IMG/VR virus record: IMGVR_UViG_3300021338_000003
Coordinates: 186,001 to 250,000 of that record
Length of the DNA stretch: 64,000 nucleotides
Strand: one strand, 5' to 3'
Shown here piece by piece: positions 36,640 to 47,398 of the stretch. The notes under the pieces are model-generated. The model did no database searches. It had not been told where the DNA came from and worked only from the letters and a program-made list of their open reading frames with translations. Each line of letters begins with the position of its first letter. Position 1 is the stretch's first letter. The position numbers and the translations under genes were made by a program.

Positions 36640-37623
36640 TCAGTCAACCACGAGCTTGTCGACGTCCACCTGCCACTCATACCCAATACCATTGTGCATG
36701 GCAAGGATCATCTCGTTGGGACCAGTAGTGAGCACCTTCCCAGAGGCAATCCGAAGAGTATCGGCCCAGGCCAGAGCCGAAGCACCATCCATGGCACCAG
36801 CCACAACCAGGAAGGCCACCAGTTCATCACGACCGCCCGTGACGGACTGACGGGAGGTGAGCTGCTCGGCATACCCAGCATCACCGAACGCCTCGGCGTA
36901 GTACTGACGGAGCTTTCCAAGAGTGTTCTGGTCCAGTTCGGTGGACGCTACCATCTCGGCAACCTGATTGACGTGGATACGGCTGTTCTCTTCACGACCG
37001 GTGATGCGAACGGCTATCATGCCGTGAGCGTCAGCCTCAGACTGCACGCTGCCGACCTTCTCCTCACCATATTCGTTGAAGAAGATGACCTGGGCACCAA
37101 CAACAGGCAAAGGACGACCCTGATCGAGAGAAGCAAGGCTCACAGCCCGCTTGCCAACCCGGCTCATCGAGGACTGAAGCTTACGCTCAGCGAGGATGGA
37201 CTCCAGGTCCTCCTCAGCCACCCGGTACAGGACAGGGGTGCCACCGTTGTCGGCGACCTCCCATACATCACTGGAACGGGCCTCGATGAAGCGAGACGGA
37301 CCGTTCGGAATCATCCGCTCGCGATCGTCGATGGGACGAGTCACCGTGGCTTGAGTCACGTTGAGACTGACGGCTTCGGACCCAGCATGGATTTTGAGGG
37401 TGCCCATGTGGGGACGAATCCGACCCTTGAAGGACATCGTAATGAAATCCGAGATGTCCTCGGAGGAGGGGTTGCCCACCCCCTTGTCGAAAGCAACCAG
37501 AACAGTTGCTAGGTCCGAACCCGCCATGCGAGTATCGATGAGGGACAGGTCAGCACGATGACCCACATCAGTAGCAATGCGGGAGGCGACCCGAGAAGCA
37601 ATGCGATCAACTGCGTTGGGCAT
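36640..37623 (-). CDS. Putative virion structural protein
   Basis: ATG 37623 after GGAG; MPNAVDRIASRVASRIA; strong late-gene codon bias. Confidence 0.6.
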   Translation of the reverse strand: MPNAVDRIASRVASRIATDVGHRADLSLIDTRMAGSDLATVLVAFDKGVGNPSSEDISDFITMSFKGRIRPHMGTLKIHAGSEAVSLNVTQATVTRPIDDRERMIPNGPSRFIEARSSDVWEVADNGGTPVLYRVAEEDLESILAERKLQSSMSRVGKRAVSLASLDQGRPLPVVGAQVIFFNEYGEEKVGSVQSEADAHGMIAVRITGREENSRIHVNQVAEMVASTELDQNTLGKLRQYYAEAFGDAGYAEQLTSRQSVTGGRDELVAFLVVAGAMDGASALAWADTLRIASGKVLTTGPNEMILAMHNGIGYEWQVDVDKLVVD

Positions 37624-37672
37624 TTCGTTCTCCATGTGGAAGATATGGCTTGGGTGATTGATGGCCTTGGGC

Positions 37673-38437
37673 CTATTTCCCAAGTGCTCGGGTCAAAACT
37701 GTTGCCGAGAAACCCAGCGCTTCTGAAGCGGAATGTATATCGTCAAAGTTATCATGGGCCCACGTCGCCAACTTCGCGGCGGGCACACCATACTTCGCTT
37801 CGAGGACCGACTGGGCTGGGTCACGCACCGAATAGCACTCGGGAGAACATATCCGAATGCAGTCCTCCTCGTAGAATGCCTCGCCATCGAATGAACGTTC
37901 ACACTCAGCACATACTTGGGTGTTTTTGAAGAACACAAACTCAGGTCGCAACTCACTCCGAGATTGAGCCACACCGATGGCAGACCCTCGCATCTTACCC
38001 AGGGATACCTTGGTGATAGACCGCACCTCTTGGGATGTGATGCCCAAGAGATCACCAACAGCCTTGTCCTTCATGGGCTCGTTGTTTGATTCAACCAGCA
38101 CACAGTTGTGAGAAGCTGTCTTGAAATTGTATCGACAGTTGGTATTCTCACAAGAAGACAGTACCTCCATTTTGAGAACAGGACAGGCGAACCCTGTCTC
38201 CTTCAGTTCAACTCCCTGTCTCGTCTCCAATACCTGGGCTACATTGTCCATCTCCAATAGACGAAGGCCCTGCCGCAACTTCCGACGAGATATGACATCA
38301 AGGTCCCCATAATCAGAGACCAGGCGTTCTAGGCCCAAAACACTCAACTTCGGGGACAACCCACGGGATTTCAATACATCCTTCAAAAGGACGTTCACAG
38401 CGGGAAAGTTTTTCAGGTCCATGATACGCTCCAACAC
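37673..38437 (-). CDS. Cys-rich protein with sigma region-4-like HTH
   Basis: PMKDKAVGDLLGITSQEVRSITKVSLGKMR; CENTNC..HNC and CAEC..CSPEC clusters. Confidence 0.55.
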   Translation of the reverse strand: MLERIMDLKNFPAVNVLLKDVLKSRGLSPKLSVLGLERLVSDYGDLDVISRRKLRQGLRLLEMDNVAQVLETRQGVELKETGFACPVLKMEVLSSCENTNCRYNFKTASHNCVLVESNNEPMKDKAVGDLLGITSQEVRSITKVSLGKMRGSAIGVAQSRSELRPEFVFFKNTQVCAECERSFDGEAFYEEDCIRICSPECYSVRDPAQSVLEAKYGVPAAKLATWAHDNFDDIHSASEALGFSATVLTRALGK

Positions 38438-38451
38438 GGACTGGATTTACC

Positions 38452-38958
38452 TCAGAGAATCCCTTCCCGCTTAAGGATCCGGTACACCCCGAGAGTCATA
38501 GAATCCATCACGTGGTCACATGGGTCATATCTTTTGAGTCTAGGCCGCCAAGTGGCATGCCTATCTCCTGCCTTCTTGATAAGGCCCCTGGGGAATTTTT
38601 CGGAGTGATGTTTGTTGTACGCATTCTTGTGATCAGCAGCCTGGATGATGACCACGTTGATACCCCGACGTCGAGCTTCGGATGCAAACATCCCAATGAG
38701 AAGGTTCACACACTCACTGACCGATCCGCCTCCCTTGCCTCGACGGGCCTGGTAGCGCTCCATGACCAACTCGTCACCCTCGGACATCTCAAGGTCATCA
38801 AAAAGCCTCGCAATGCGCTTGTAGAGGTCTTCGGTTATGTACCCATGAGGAGTATTGGGGGTAGGAAAGTGACCAGTCTTCCCTAGCTTGCGACCTCTCC
38901 ACAGACTGAACCAGGTGTTGTTCTTCCCCGGGTCTATTGATAGTGTCTTAATGACCAT
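38452..38958 (-). CDS. RuvC-like Holliday junction resolvase
   Basis: TLSIDPGKNNT, LVMERYQ, DHVMDSMTLG. Confidence 0.75.
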   Translation of the reverse strand: MVIKTLSIDPGKNNTWFSLWRGRKLGKTGHFPTPNTPHGYITEDLYKRIARLFDDLEMSEGDELVMERYQARRGKGGGSVSECVNLLIGMFASEARRRGINVVIIQAADHKNAYNKHHSEKFPRGLIKKAGDRHATWRPRLKRYDPCDHVMDSMTLGVYRILKREGIL

Positions 38959-39003
38959 GGGGCGGTCCTTTTCCTGTAGGTCTCATACGCAAGGTGGGAC
39001 GCC

Positions 39004-40062
39004 ATGACCAAATTCGGCGGTCGCAATGATGGCGACCTAACAAACCTAGAACGTGCTACTGAGACGGCCGACAATACGTTGGCTCATTCTATCTTCCGAC
39101 CCGGAATGCGGTATGGCGGAAGAGATGAGACCAACCAACATCAGGTGGTCACACGAATTGACCACCTGGAAGACCGAGTGGTTGAGCATATCAGAGAGAA
39201 CCTCATCCCGAGGGTACAGGAACATTCCCGGATTTCTATCGACACGGACCCGGTCAAGTTCCTGTACTACCAAAAGCTCCAATTTGGTAGGCTCTGTTCT
39301 TGTTTCGACCGGGTCAATGGAGCGGCCGACAAGCAATGTCCCATCTGCTACGGACGGGCCTATGTTGGCGGATATCACAAGTATGGGACCAACCACCACG
39401 TAGTAGACATGACGGCCCCCAACCTCACCTTGGTGAACGTAGCCCCTGACTTCGGGTCCGGACAGCGCCCTGTTCCTCTGACCCTTCTAGATACAGCGGT
39501 CAAGGGATATATTGAACTCACCGTACCTTTGGGCGCTAATAGGGGTGTTCTGGACGCCATGCGGATGAAGGGCAAGGCCCAGAATGGGTCCAGTATCACA
39601 CCACTGGTCAAGCTGAAAGGACAGGCTGACTCTGAATTTGTGATAGTCACCAAGAGTGTTGTCGAGACCAAGCTTCGCGATGCCTTCGGACGCCCCAACT
39701 CCCTGGTGTTCAGATTCGTGATGGACCGCATCAACCCCGATGCGGAGCTTCCGGAGTTCCTGTTCTTCTACCTCAGATACACGACCCTGGATGACATCAA
39801 GGTAACTCTCGACATCCCCAAGAGGGAGAAGAGCATCGAATTCCAAGAATATGGACTGTTGGATGTGGTCGATACCATTGAGGCGGTAGCCTCACGAAAA
39901 CTCCCAAACATCACTTCGGAAGACATGTTCATACGAGTACTGGATGGGGAAAGGTTCAAGGTCATCCAAACCTCCCAATGGGAACCAGAGAACCAGCTGG
40001 TGGAGACCGCCATCCGGGCTCGCCACATCAACAAAGAAGAACACCTCTATCGAGTTCTGTGA
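39004..40062 (+). CDS. Putative neck/head-completion protein
   Basis: CSCF..CPICYGRAYVGGY motif and beta-barrel-like C-terminus; inference from phage neck proteins. Confidence 0.4.
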   Translation: MTKFGGRNDGDLTNLERATETADNTLAHSIFRPGMRYGGRDETNQHQVVTRIDHLEDRVVEHIRENLIPRVQEHSRISIDTDPVKFLYYQKLQFGRLCSCFDRVNGAADKQCPICYGRAYVGGYHKYGTNHHVVDMTAPNLTLVNVAPDFGSGQRPVPLTLLDTAVKGYIELTVPLGANRGVLDAMRMKGKAQNGSSITPLVKLKGQADSEFVIVTKSVVETKLRDAFGRPNSLVFRFVMDRINPDAELPEFLFFYLRYTTLDDIKVTLDIPKREKSIEFQEYGLLDVVDTIEAVASRKLPNITSEDMFIRVLDGERFKVIQTSQWEPENQLVETAIRARHINKEEHLYRVL

Positions 40063-40071
40063 GGACCAAAA

Positions 40072-40821
40072 ATGGCTCTTTCTGATACCTTCCTCAAGCT
40101 GGAGATTGACACCTCCTATGCTGGGTTCTCCGACCTCACTTCGGAAGCCCTCAATTCCCTAGTCTTGCACGTTGGGCCTGGGCACATTGCCTTCCAGCCC
40201 TTCCAGAATGCCGAATACCAGCAGAATCTGACTTCAACCTTGGGCCACGCCGGCCGGGTCAGTGCAGACCCTATCTCCTTGGTGATCGGTGCCAAAGCCC
40301 CGTACTTCATGCCTCTGAACCAATGGGGGCTGATGAACCTGAGCCAGGTACAGGAGCTTTCCCAACTCATCAAGAAGGGGGTGGTTACCGCTACCCTTCA
40401 TAACCGGGGCGAAACCGTCGGCGGGTCGGGTCTGGAATGGCGGGTTGGATTCAACGTCGATGACCAGGAAATTCGTTCCTACAGCGTTCAACCTCGCAGC
40501 GTATGGGAGGCGGTAACGGCCTCCCAGTCAGTCCCTGCTGCCGGGGCTGACAATTTCATATACATCCCGGGAACGCCTAGGGTATACCCTATCATCGAGT
40601 GCCAGGAAGCCACAACTGTTGACTATGATATCCAGGTATATGCTTTCAATCCTATCTCCAACGCTGTGGCTCTCATCGCCGAATTCCTCAACCGGAAGGG
40701 CACGTTTGTAGAGCGCCTAAACGATGTGGAGTATTCCCAGTATATCATTCCCATCGTGTCCCGTGTTGGCGGTGTTGTAAACATCGATGTCAATGTCGGA
40801 CTTCAAATCGAGCGTGCGTGA
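40072..40821 (+). CDS. Putative structural protein
   Basis: GAGGA SD; beta-rich. Confidence 0.55.
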   Translation: MALSDTFLKLEIDTSYAGFSDLTSEALNSLVLHVGPGHIAFQPFQNAEYQQNLTSTLGHAGRVSADPISLVIGAKAPYFMPLNQWGLMNLSQVQELSQLIKKGVVTATLHNRGETVGGSGLEWRVGFNVDDQEIRSYSVQPRSVWEAVTASQSVPAAGADNFIYIPGTPRVYPIIECQEATTVDYDIQVYAFNPISNAVALIAEFLNRKGTFVERLNDVEYSQYIIPIVSRVGGVVNIDVNVGLQIERA

Positions 40822-41126
40822 TGACCGAGCTTGAGATCTTCAACGAGGCTCTATTTGTTGATAGTCACCAGGACGCCGTTCGAGAGACTCAAAAGTGGAC
40901 CCTCGAACGGCTTCTTCAGTGGCCGGATGACCTCCGCCCGGGCATCGCCCAGCTGCTCATCGACAAGGTCCGAGCCTGGGGCGTAGAGCCTCCGGCTATC
41001 TGGGAAGAGGCCATCCTAAACCCAAGCCTAATCAACGACCTTCATGATGACAGGTCTGAGAGTGAAATGGACGAATGGGAAGACCCAAGGCCGACCCATG
41101 ACGCCGAGGAAGATATCCTGGCATAG
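40818..41126 (+). CDS. Hypothetical acidic protein
   Basis: Coupled to upstream stop. Confidence 0.55.
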   Translation: MMTELEIFNEALFVDSHQDAVRETQKWTLERLLQWPDDLRPGIAQLLIDKVRAWGVEPPAIWEEAILNPSLINDLHDDRSESEMDEWEDPRPTHDAEEDILA

Positions 41127-41147
41127 TCCGTTCTCTCGTGTTACAAT
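41119..41147 (+). promoter_or_regulatory. Sigma70-type promoter, degenerate copy
   Basis: TGGCAT-17 nt (ending CGTGT)-TACAAT upstream of SNF2 gene. Confidence 0.55.
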
Positions 41148-41170
41148 GGTATATGTGAGGTATACTTCAA

Positions 41171-44100
41171 ATGTCCGACAGCATTGAAGAGACCCCGGCA
41201 GCGAGCGAGAAGCTCGCGGGCCGGGAAAGCCGTATAGAAAAGCCGTCGACCATCGAAGCGATGCCCAAGACACAGCATCGTTTCCAGCTGCCCGGTTTTT
41301 TCACTCTCCCGGATGGGTCCGTCTACTACATCGAGAATGAGGTCGACCGACTGGAGGAATACCAGGCCGACGTTGACCAATTGCACGAGAACGAGCGGCT
41401 ATTTGAAGAAACCGGGGTTTTTCCTGGTTCTTACAAAAATCCCGGAGACATCCCGGAATATGAACGCTACGTCAAATGGGATACCGCTTTTAAGAAGGTG
41501 GAAAAGGAACTCATCCTTCGGAAAAGTCAACTCCCTCTAGGTAGCGCTGACCGTACTATCATCGATGCCGAATTGGACGCTTTCAGGGCGGCCATGAGAG
41601 CCAAGGAGCCCAAAGTCCGGTTTCGGCCCCGTCCCCGTGCGCCGCACACGGTATTTCGAGAGAAATGGTCAGTTGGTGACCTTCTCGCTATCAACCTCTC
41701 GGATCGCACCATCATGCGGACCATGGAGAAGGTGGACCGCATCAAGACTGAGGACATTACCGGCCTTGCTCCTCTATCAGATGAGGGCAAGGCCAAGATT
41801 ATGCTTGAGCCGTCGGTCTATATACCTCTCGATGTCTGCGGGTATACCAACACACTCCGACGGTCTGTGAAATTTCTCATTGATAACCCCGAGGGTCCCG
41901 AAGAGGCTCGAAACAGGGTCAAAGAAATCTTCTCTTCCTTCATCGCAGGATATGAGAGATTTGTCGACGCTATCTCTGTTCCAGCATATTACGAGTCTAT
42001 CAAAGACAAATCGTTGTATGACTTTGAAAAATCGTTCCGGACCCACTGGGACAATGTATTCGGAAGGTATGAAAGCGACCACCCCAGAATCAATAACATG
42101 GTAGAATGGGGTTTTACTAGTAGAGACGAAACTGCTGAAACCCATTGGCCAACGATCATCAAAACTGTCCAAGAAGGTCTAGACCTCTACCGTACATATC
42201 TCCCCCTATTCGTTGATGAGTTCTATACTTGGGTTCAGAAGCATGGCCTGCCCTGTCGGGCCCATGGGACTGAGATTGAAGGGTCCTGGGCAGCGGCTTT
42301 TGTTCAGTCCAGCCAGTTCCTCAGTCGTGCCAACGCTATGCATCACAACTCTTTCGAGGTACAGCGACGAAACCAGAGAAATGCCGAAAGGGCTGGACTT
42401 CAAGAGCCTATCTTGAAGGTTGCCATACGTCGAAACATGTATGGCAATTGGAAGAACTCGGTGCACATTGAGGAGATTGCGGACAAGATTGACGGCCCCG
42501 AGGTCGTTAACCGCGTGGCTGATGAGCGGCTTGCCTTCCAAACCGCTACCATTGACCAGATGCCCGAGGTTCCCCACCTCTCGAAGGATATCAAACTCTT
42601 CCCACACCAGGCGAAGACTGGTGCTCAACTAGACCAGAAGAACCGTGCTTTTGTGTCGGCCGTGATGGGTGCTGGTAAGACCAGTATGTTCTACTCGGAC
42701 GCAATGATTGCCATCAAGAACGGCAAGGCAAAACGTCCTGCTGTTGTAATGCCCACCAATACTGTGGAACAACAGGTTGATGAGCTGAAGCACAAGTTCG
42801 GCGATTACGTCAACATCATCGGTCTCACCAATCAGTCCTTTCGGAAGATGGGCAAGGGTGATGAGCGATTTGAGACTCTTAAGAAGCTCATCATTGAGGC
42901 TCCACCCAACACCATCGTGCTGGTGGCCTATGAGTGGCTGTCTCTGGAGCCCGAATCCTACGATACTGGCAAGACCCGGAAGAACAAGACTCCGATGATG
43001 GCCAAGCGATATACCCGCGGCACCTTCCTCACTGACGAGTGTGGTGTGGACATGGTCATCCTCGATGAATGTCACCGCATCAAGAACATCGATACTGCCC
43101 GGGCCAAGGCCACCATGGCTTTGTCCAGTGCCCCAGTCAAGCGGGTTGGGTCAGGTACCCTCTTTCCGAACACCCCTGATGATGTGGTCGGGCCGGCATC
43201 CTTTCTGGACCCCACCCTCTTCGGGTCTCACGAGGAATTCTGCAAGAGGTATAGCCTGGAAACCGTCCGTAGCAAGGTGGTGAGCTTCACCCCCGAGATG
43301 CTCAAGGAAGTCCGCAACGACCTCCTCGAATATGGTATGGTGAACATCCGTCGGACCGCTTGGATGCACATGATGCCCGACCGGACCGAGACCATCCACA
43401 CCACCCGTCTGAGCCCTCAGCTCCAGAAGCTCTACGAGGCTCTGTATAATGCCACCATTTCCAAGATCGAGGGTGACCCCGTCCTCTCCAAGTATTGGAA
43501 GGAGTTCGCTGAAGACGTCGGTGCCGAGGACCTCGACATCGACGAGAACGGATTCCTGCTGACCATCCTCGGTCGCATTGACCAATTCGTCTCTGCCCCC
43601 GACTCCAAAATGGGCGGCAACATTCAGGACCTCATTGATGAGGCGCAGAACGCAGAGACCGCCGAGGAGAAGAAAGCAGCCAAGGAAAAGCTCGATGGTA
43701 TGGGTGCCACCCTACTTCGAATCCGTGGTGCCATCGAGAACATGCCCGAGATGGACCGGGCCTCCCCCAAGGTGCGTAAGGCAGCTGAAATAATCGACAA
43801 GCACTTTGCCGACCCTTCCAATGTCCTCAAGACCGAAGATGGTCGGGAGTTCGAGGGTAAGGTTATTGTCTTCGTCTCCAATGTCGACACCGCGAAGCAC
43901 TTCCAGAAGTATCTCCCGATGCTTGCTAGCTCCGTGACCGAAGCCGAGATCGGTTTCTTCAAGGCTGACAGCAAGGGTCGCCGCGCTCTGGCCGAGTTCA
44001 AGGACCCTTTCAGTAACATGAAGGTTCTATGTGCTGTAGACGCTGGACTCCGTGAGGGACACAACCTTCAGGTGGCCAACCGGGTCATCCGTGGGTCTCT

Positions 44101-46393
44101 CCTCTGGACGCCCGGCGCCATGGAACAGACGTACGCCCGGGTATATCGCCCTGGAACTCTGGCCAACGAGGTCTTCATCGATATCATTGTCACGGAGAAC
44201 ACATTGGAGGTGGCCAAGTTCGGTCGTCTCCTCTCCAAGTATGATGCCATCCAACGCGTCAACTCCGAGTTTGAGGATGATTCCACCGAGGAACTCCCTC
44301 CGATCTCGATGAATATCAAGAACATCGAGACGTACACCAGCATGAGCATGTTGGACGAGTACATGGACCGGTACAACAAGGCGGCCGAATTCGACCTCGC
44401 CGAGTCCAAGAGACTCCAGGCTGAGTACGGGTCCGAGTTCATCGACCGGGCCGGTGGTCGTCTGCCTGGTGCTGATCTCATTACTGGGCTGCTTCCCTAT
44501 TATGATGAGGAGGACGCATATCGTCCGGTCAAGGTTCGGGTGATGGACCGCCAACTGGTGATATCCGACCCCGACAGCTTCGAGTGGCTCAACAAGCGAG
44601 TCTGCAAGAAGCTTGGCTTGAAGGAGGCCACCTCCAGCGGTCAGGTTGTGTACACCGGGAATCGACCCCTCGACATGGACGCCTGGGTAGAGACCGCCGA
44701 GACATTTGGCCTCGATGTTGCCCTGATTGAGGAATCCGGGTCCACCGCGGTCAAGATCAAGAAGGACGAAGTCACCAAGTCTTCGAAGCCGAAGAAGACC
44801 AAGGTGAAGATGAAGAGCCGCAAGAAGACGGGTCCGCTCAAGCTCCTGTGCGTCGGACCCGTGGGCAGTGGCATCCTGGCCATGTATGCCAAGAAGCAAC
44901 AAAAGGGTGATGGGTCGGAAACGTACCAGTATGTGATCGTCCATCATACTGATGGTGAGGTCGGGTCGGCCGCCCGTGGCGACCGCATTCACACCTTCCA
45001 CGCTCGGGGTAGGGGGTCTGGCCTTGCCAAGCTCACTGGTATCCAGTGGGATCATGTGCACAAGACCCTCTACGATGGGTTCGGTGAGGTCACCTGGTAC
45101 GCCCCTGGAGACGTCCCGGAGGTCCCTGATGTGGCTCCAGTGGTCGAAACCACCGTAGCACCTCTTCCGGCCAACGTCGTGCGCTCCTTGCGCTTCCTGC
45201 AGTATGATGGGGTCAAGTACCTCACCATTGACTCAGACGACGACCGCGCTCCTGACCTCCGGCCCCTCGGATTTGTGTGGTACAACGCGTTCTTCCAGCG
45301 TCCGTTCCAGACCATGAAGGATGCCCGGGTCATCATCGACCACCTGCAGCGAGTTGGTTTGGATATCGACGAGGATGATTTCTCGGACCACGCCCGGGAC
45401 GCCATCTGGAAGCGCAAGGTTCCGCAACGCAAGCTCCTCCGCGAACAGCTGCAGGAGATGCGCAAGCGGCGCCGGTCCCTCAAGAAGGGCAAGGTGTCCA
45501 TTCACTACGTCCAATACAAGGGTATGCATCACCTCGCTGTCAACGCTCTAGAACACCAGGACGATATCCGCAAAGTACGGGCTGTAGGCCGGTTTGGTCA
45601 GGTGACCTCCGGTTTCTGGATGCCCGTTCCTGGGAAGGCCGAAGTCCAGAAGGTGGTTCGCCAGCTGGAGAGCGCCGGTGTTAAGGTCGTCTATTGGGAG
45701 GAGTTCAAGACCCTCTGCTATGAGTGGTTCGGGTACAAGCCCACCGTCGACCTTTCGGTGCCCGAAGATGTCAAGGAGAAGCTCGAACTCCCCCGTGAGG
45801 ACCCGAGCCCTGCGCCATCTTCCCCCGAGGTCATCAAGGACACTCTCAAGAAGATCCGCAAGAAGCCTGCGAAGGGCCTATCTGATAAGAAGCTTGACAT
45901 CCTACGCCACACCTCGGGGTCGGATATCATCGGGTATGGCGGAGACACCCCCTTCAATATCGCGGTCATCCAGTCCCTCCTGAACAAGGGGTACATGGTC
46001 GGAACCCAGGAACGGGAACTCAAGCGGTACGTTGATGTCCAGCTCACCGAAAAGGGCAGGGAGGCTATCGGAGTGGATGATGAGACTCCGCCTGCTCCAA
46101 CCCCCGAGCCTACGTCGACACCTAAGGACGTCAAGGATGTATCCACCACTCCTCTGGATTGGAAGATGGTGGCCGACGAGCTTGACGACCCCTTTGAGCC
46201 CCGAGCCTTGTGGCGGTCGGTGGCCTCCGGTCGTCAGGTTTCTCTTGTCCTATTGGAGGACGACGAGACCTGGGAAGTCAAGCTGATGAGGCGGCATCCG
46301 GAAACCGGCAAGCGTCAGAGCAAAATCTTCCAGTTCACTGAAAAGGACTTGGCCCTCAGCAAGGTCCAGTCTCTCATCGGAGCCAGGTCATGA
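41171..46393 (+). CDS. Large SNF2-family helicase/ATPase with long N- and C-terminal extensions
   Basis: LFPHQ, VMGAGKT, ILDECHRIKN, SGTLFPN, KVIVF, EGHNLQ, WTPGAMEQTYARVYRPG. Confidence 0.88.
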   Translation: MSDSIEETPAASEKLAGRESRIEKPSTIEAMPKTQHRFQLPGFFTLPDGSVYYIENEVDRLEEYQADVDQLHENERLFEETGVFPGSYKNPGDIPEYERYVKWDTAFKKVEKELILRKSQLPLGSADRTIIDAELDAFRAAMRAKEPKVRFRPRPRAPHTVFREKWSVGDLLAINLSDRTIMRTMEKVDRIKTEDITGLAPLSDEGKAKIMLEPSVYIPLDVCGYTNTLRRSVKFLIDNPEGPEEARNRVKEIFSSFIAGYERFVDAISVPAYYESIKDKSLYDFEKSFRTHWDNVFGRYESDHPRINNMVEWGFTSRDETAETHWPTIIKTVQEGLDLYRTYLPLFVDEFYTWVQKHGLPCRAHGTEIEGSWAAAFVQSSQFLSRANAMHHNSFEVQRRNQRNAERAGLQEPILKVAIRRNMYGNWKNSVHIEEIADKIDGPEVVNRVADERLAFQTATIDQMPEVPHLSKDIKLFPHQAKTGAQLDQKNRAFVSAVMGAGKTSMFYSDAMIAIKNGKAKRPAVVMPTNTVEQQVDELKHKFGDYVNIIGLTNQSFRKMGKGDERFETLKKLIIEAPPNTIVLVAYEWLSLEPESYDTGKTRKNKTPMMAKRYTRGTFLTDECGVDMVILDECHRIKNIDTARAKATMALSSAPVKRVGSGTLFPNTPDDVVGPASFLDPTLFGSHEEFCKRYSLETVRSKVVSFTPEMLKEVRNDLLEYGMVNIRRTAWMHMMPDRTETIHTTRLSPQLQKLYEALYNATISKIEGDPVLSKYWKEFAEDVGAEDLDIDENGFLLTILGRIDQFVSAPDSKMGGNIQDLIDEAQNAETAEEKKAAKEKLDGMGATLLRIRGAIENMPEMDRASPKVRKAAEIIDKHFADPSNVLKTEDGREFEGKVIVFVSNVDTAKHFQKYLPMLASSVTEAEIGFFKADSKGRRALAEFKDPFSNMKVLCAVDAGLREGHNLQVANRVIRGSLLWTPGAMEQTYARVYRPGTLANEVFIDIIVTENTLEVAKFGRLLSKYDAIQRVNSEFEDDSTEELPPISMNIKNIETYTSMSMLDEYMDRYNKAAEFDLAESKRLQAEYGSEFIDRAGGRLPGADLITGLLPYYDEEDAYRPVKVRVMDRQLVISDPDSFEWLNKRVCKKLGLKEATSSGQVVYTGNRPLDMDAWVETAETFGLDVALIEESGSTAVKIKKDEVTKSSKPKKTKVKMKSRKKTGPLKLLCVGPVGSGILAMYAKKQQKGDGSETYQYVIVHHTDGEVGSAARGDRIHTFHARGRGSGLAKLTGIQWDHVHKTLYDGFGEVTWYAPGDVPEVPDVAPVVETTVAPLPANVVRSLRFLQYDGVKYLTIDSDDDRAPDLRPLGFVWYNAFFQRPFQTMKDARVIIDHLQRVGLDIDEDDFSDHARDAIWKRKVPQRKLLREQLQEMRKRRRSLKKGKVSIHYVQYKGMHHLAVNALEHQDDIRKVRAVGRFGQVTSGFWMPVPGKAEVQKVVRQLESAGVKVVYWEEFKTLCYEWFGYKPTVDLSVPEDVKEKLELPREDPSPAPSSPEVIKDTLKKIRKKPAKGLSDKKLDILRHTSGSDIIGYGGDTPFNIAVIQSLLNKGYMVGTQERELKRYVDVQLTEKGREAIGVDDETPPAPTPEPTSTPKDVKDVSTTPLDWKMVADELDDPFEPRALWRSVASGRQVSLVLLEDDETWEVKLMRRHPETGKRQSKIFQFTEKDLALSKVQSLIGARS

Positions 46394-46935
46394 GCATCAA
46401 GGAGAAGGGCACTCGAAAGCCAGGCCAGAGGCTATGGTTTGAATACCACTGTTTCGAAAGTCATGATTCCGGTGATGCAGAATTGTGGTATCGATCACAC
46501 CAAAAGGTGACAGTCATTGAGCCGCTGCCATTCGGAAAGTTGGATGATGAGGCATCAGTAGAGGACCGAGGAGGCAGAGTGTACTTGGTCCGCTTCGCTG
46601 ATGGTTTCGAAGGCCATGTGACTTGGGATGAACTTCTAGATAGTCCAACCGAGTTCGAACGACCTGACCCTCCTCCTCCAAGTTCAAAGGTCAGAAGGGC
46701 CATAGCCCAGCACGCCATTGAGGCTTCGAAACTCCGGATGATGCGTCAGCTGGCCGAGAAGGACCTCGAAATGACGGATTCCGAAATCTGCGAAATCATG
46801 TTTGGTGGGGATTCCAAGCAATGTGCAGAGTTCCTAGACATGGACCGGGAAGGACAACTTTCATGGCTCATGACCAACTTGTATGTTGGCATGAGCGAAG
46901 AGACTCTTCAAGAATTCATTTCCAAAGGGCGGTAG
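46390..46935 (+). CDS. Hypothetical protein (SH3/Tudor-like N-domain)
   Basis: ATGA coupling; RVYLVRFADGFEGHVTWDEL; starts MSIKE. Confidence 0.6.
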   Translation: MSIKEKGTRKPGQRLWFEYHCFESHDSGDAELWYRSHQKVTVIEPLPFGKLDDEASVEDRGGRVYLVRFADGFEGHVTWDELLDSPTEFERPDPPPPSSKVRRAIAQHAIEASKLRMMRQLAEKDLEMTDSEICEIMFGGDSKQCAEFLDMDREGQLSWLMTNLYVGMSEETLQEFISKGR

Positions 46936-46938
46936 ACC

Positions 46939-47325
46939 ATGAGCATCAAAGAAGTCATCGCAAAATACAGCATCCAAGCTAGTGCGTCAGAATGGAGTAT
47001 TGGTATATATGATACCAATGGAAACCCCAGCAAGAAGTTCAAATCACTTCCTGATAACCCCTCCCAAGAAGACGTCGCTAGAGCGTCCGAAGGTAGTGGT
47101 GGCAGGGACTACATAAGTGTCTTCAAGTCAGGAAGAGACTGGGCTGTGATGGCAGGGACTTATGGTCCCAGAGATATCGCGTTCTATGTTGTGGCATTGA
47201 AGGGCAAGCACAACAGCATCGCCTCTGACATCGAGAATGCTGTGCATACCCTAGAGGACTTCGACCCCTACGACTACACCGAGGAAGAAGTCGTAACGGC
47301 AATCATGAGACACTTCAAATTGTGA
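46939..47325 (+). CDS. Hypothetical protein with MSIK..KY..A|S leader
   Basis: MSIKEVIAKYSIQASAS. Confidence 0.7.
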   Translation: MSIKEVIAKYSIQASASEWSIGIYDTNGNPSKKFKSLPDNPSQEDVARASEGSGGRDYISVFKSGRDWAVMAGTYGPRDIAFYVVALKGKHNSIASDIENAVHTLEDFDPYDYTEEEVVTAIMRHFKL

Positions 47326-47350
47326 ACGTTGTGGAATGACCTGCCTACAG

Positions 47351-47375
47351 GGGCCAGTTTCGAATTGAGACTGGC
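47351..47375. terminator. Intergenic hairpin
   Basis: ggccagtttc-gaatt-gagactggcc. Confidence 0.5.
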
Positions 47376-47398
47376 CTCATCTGTATACCGGAGCAACC

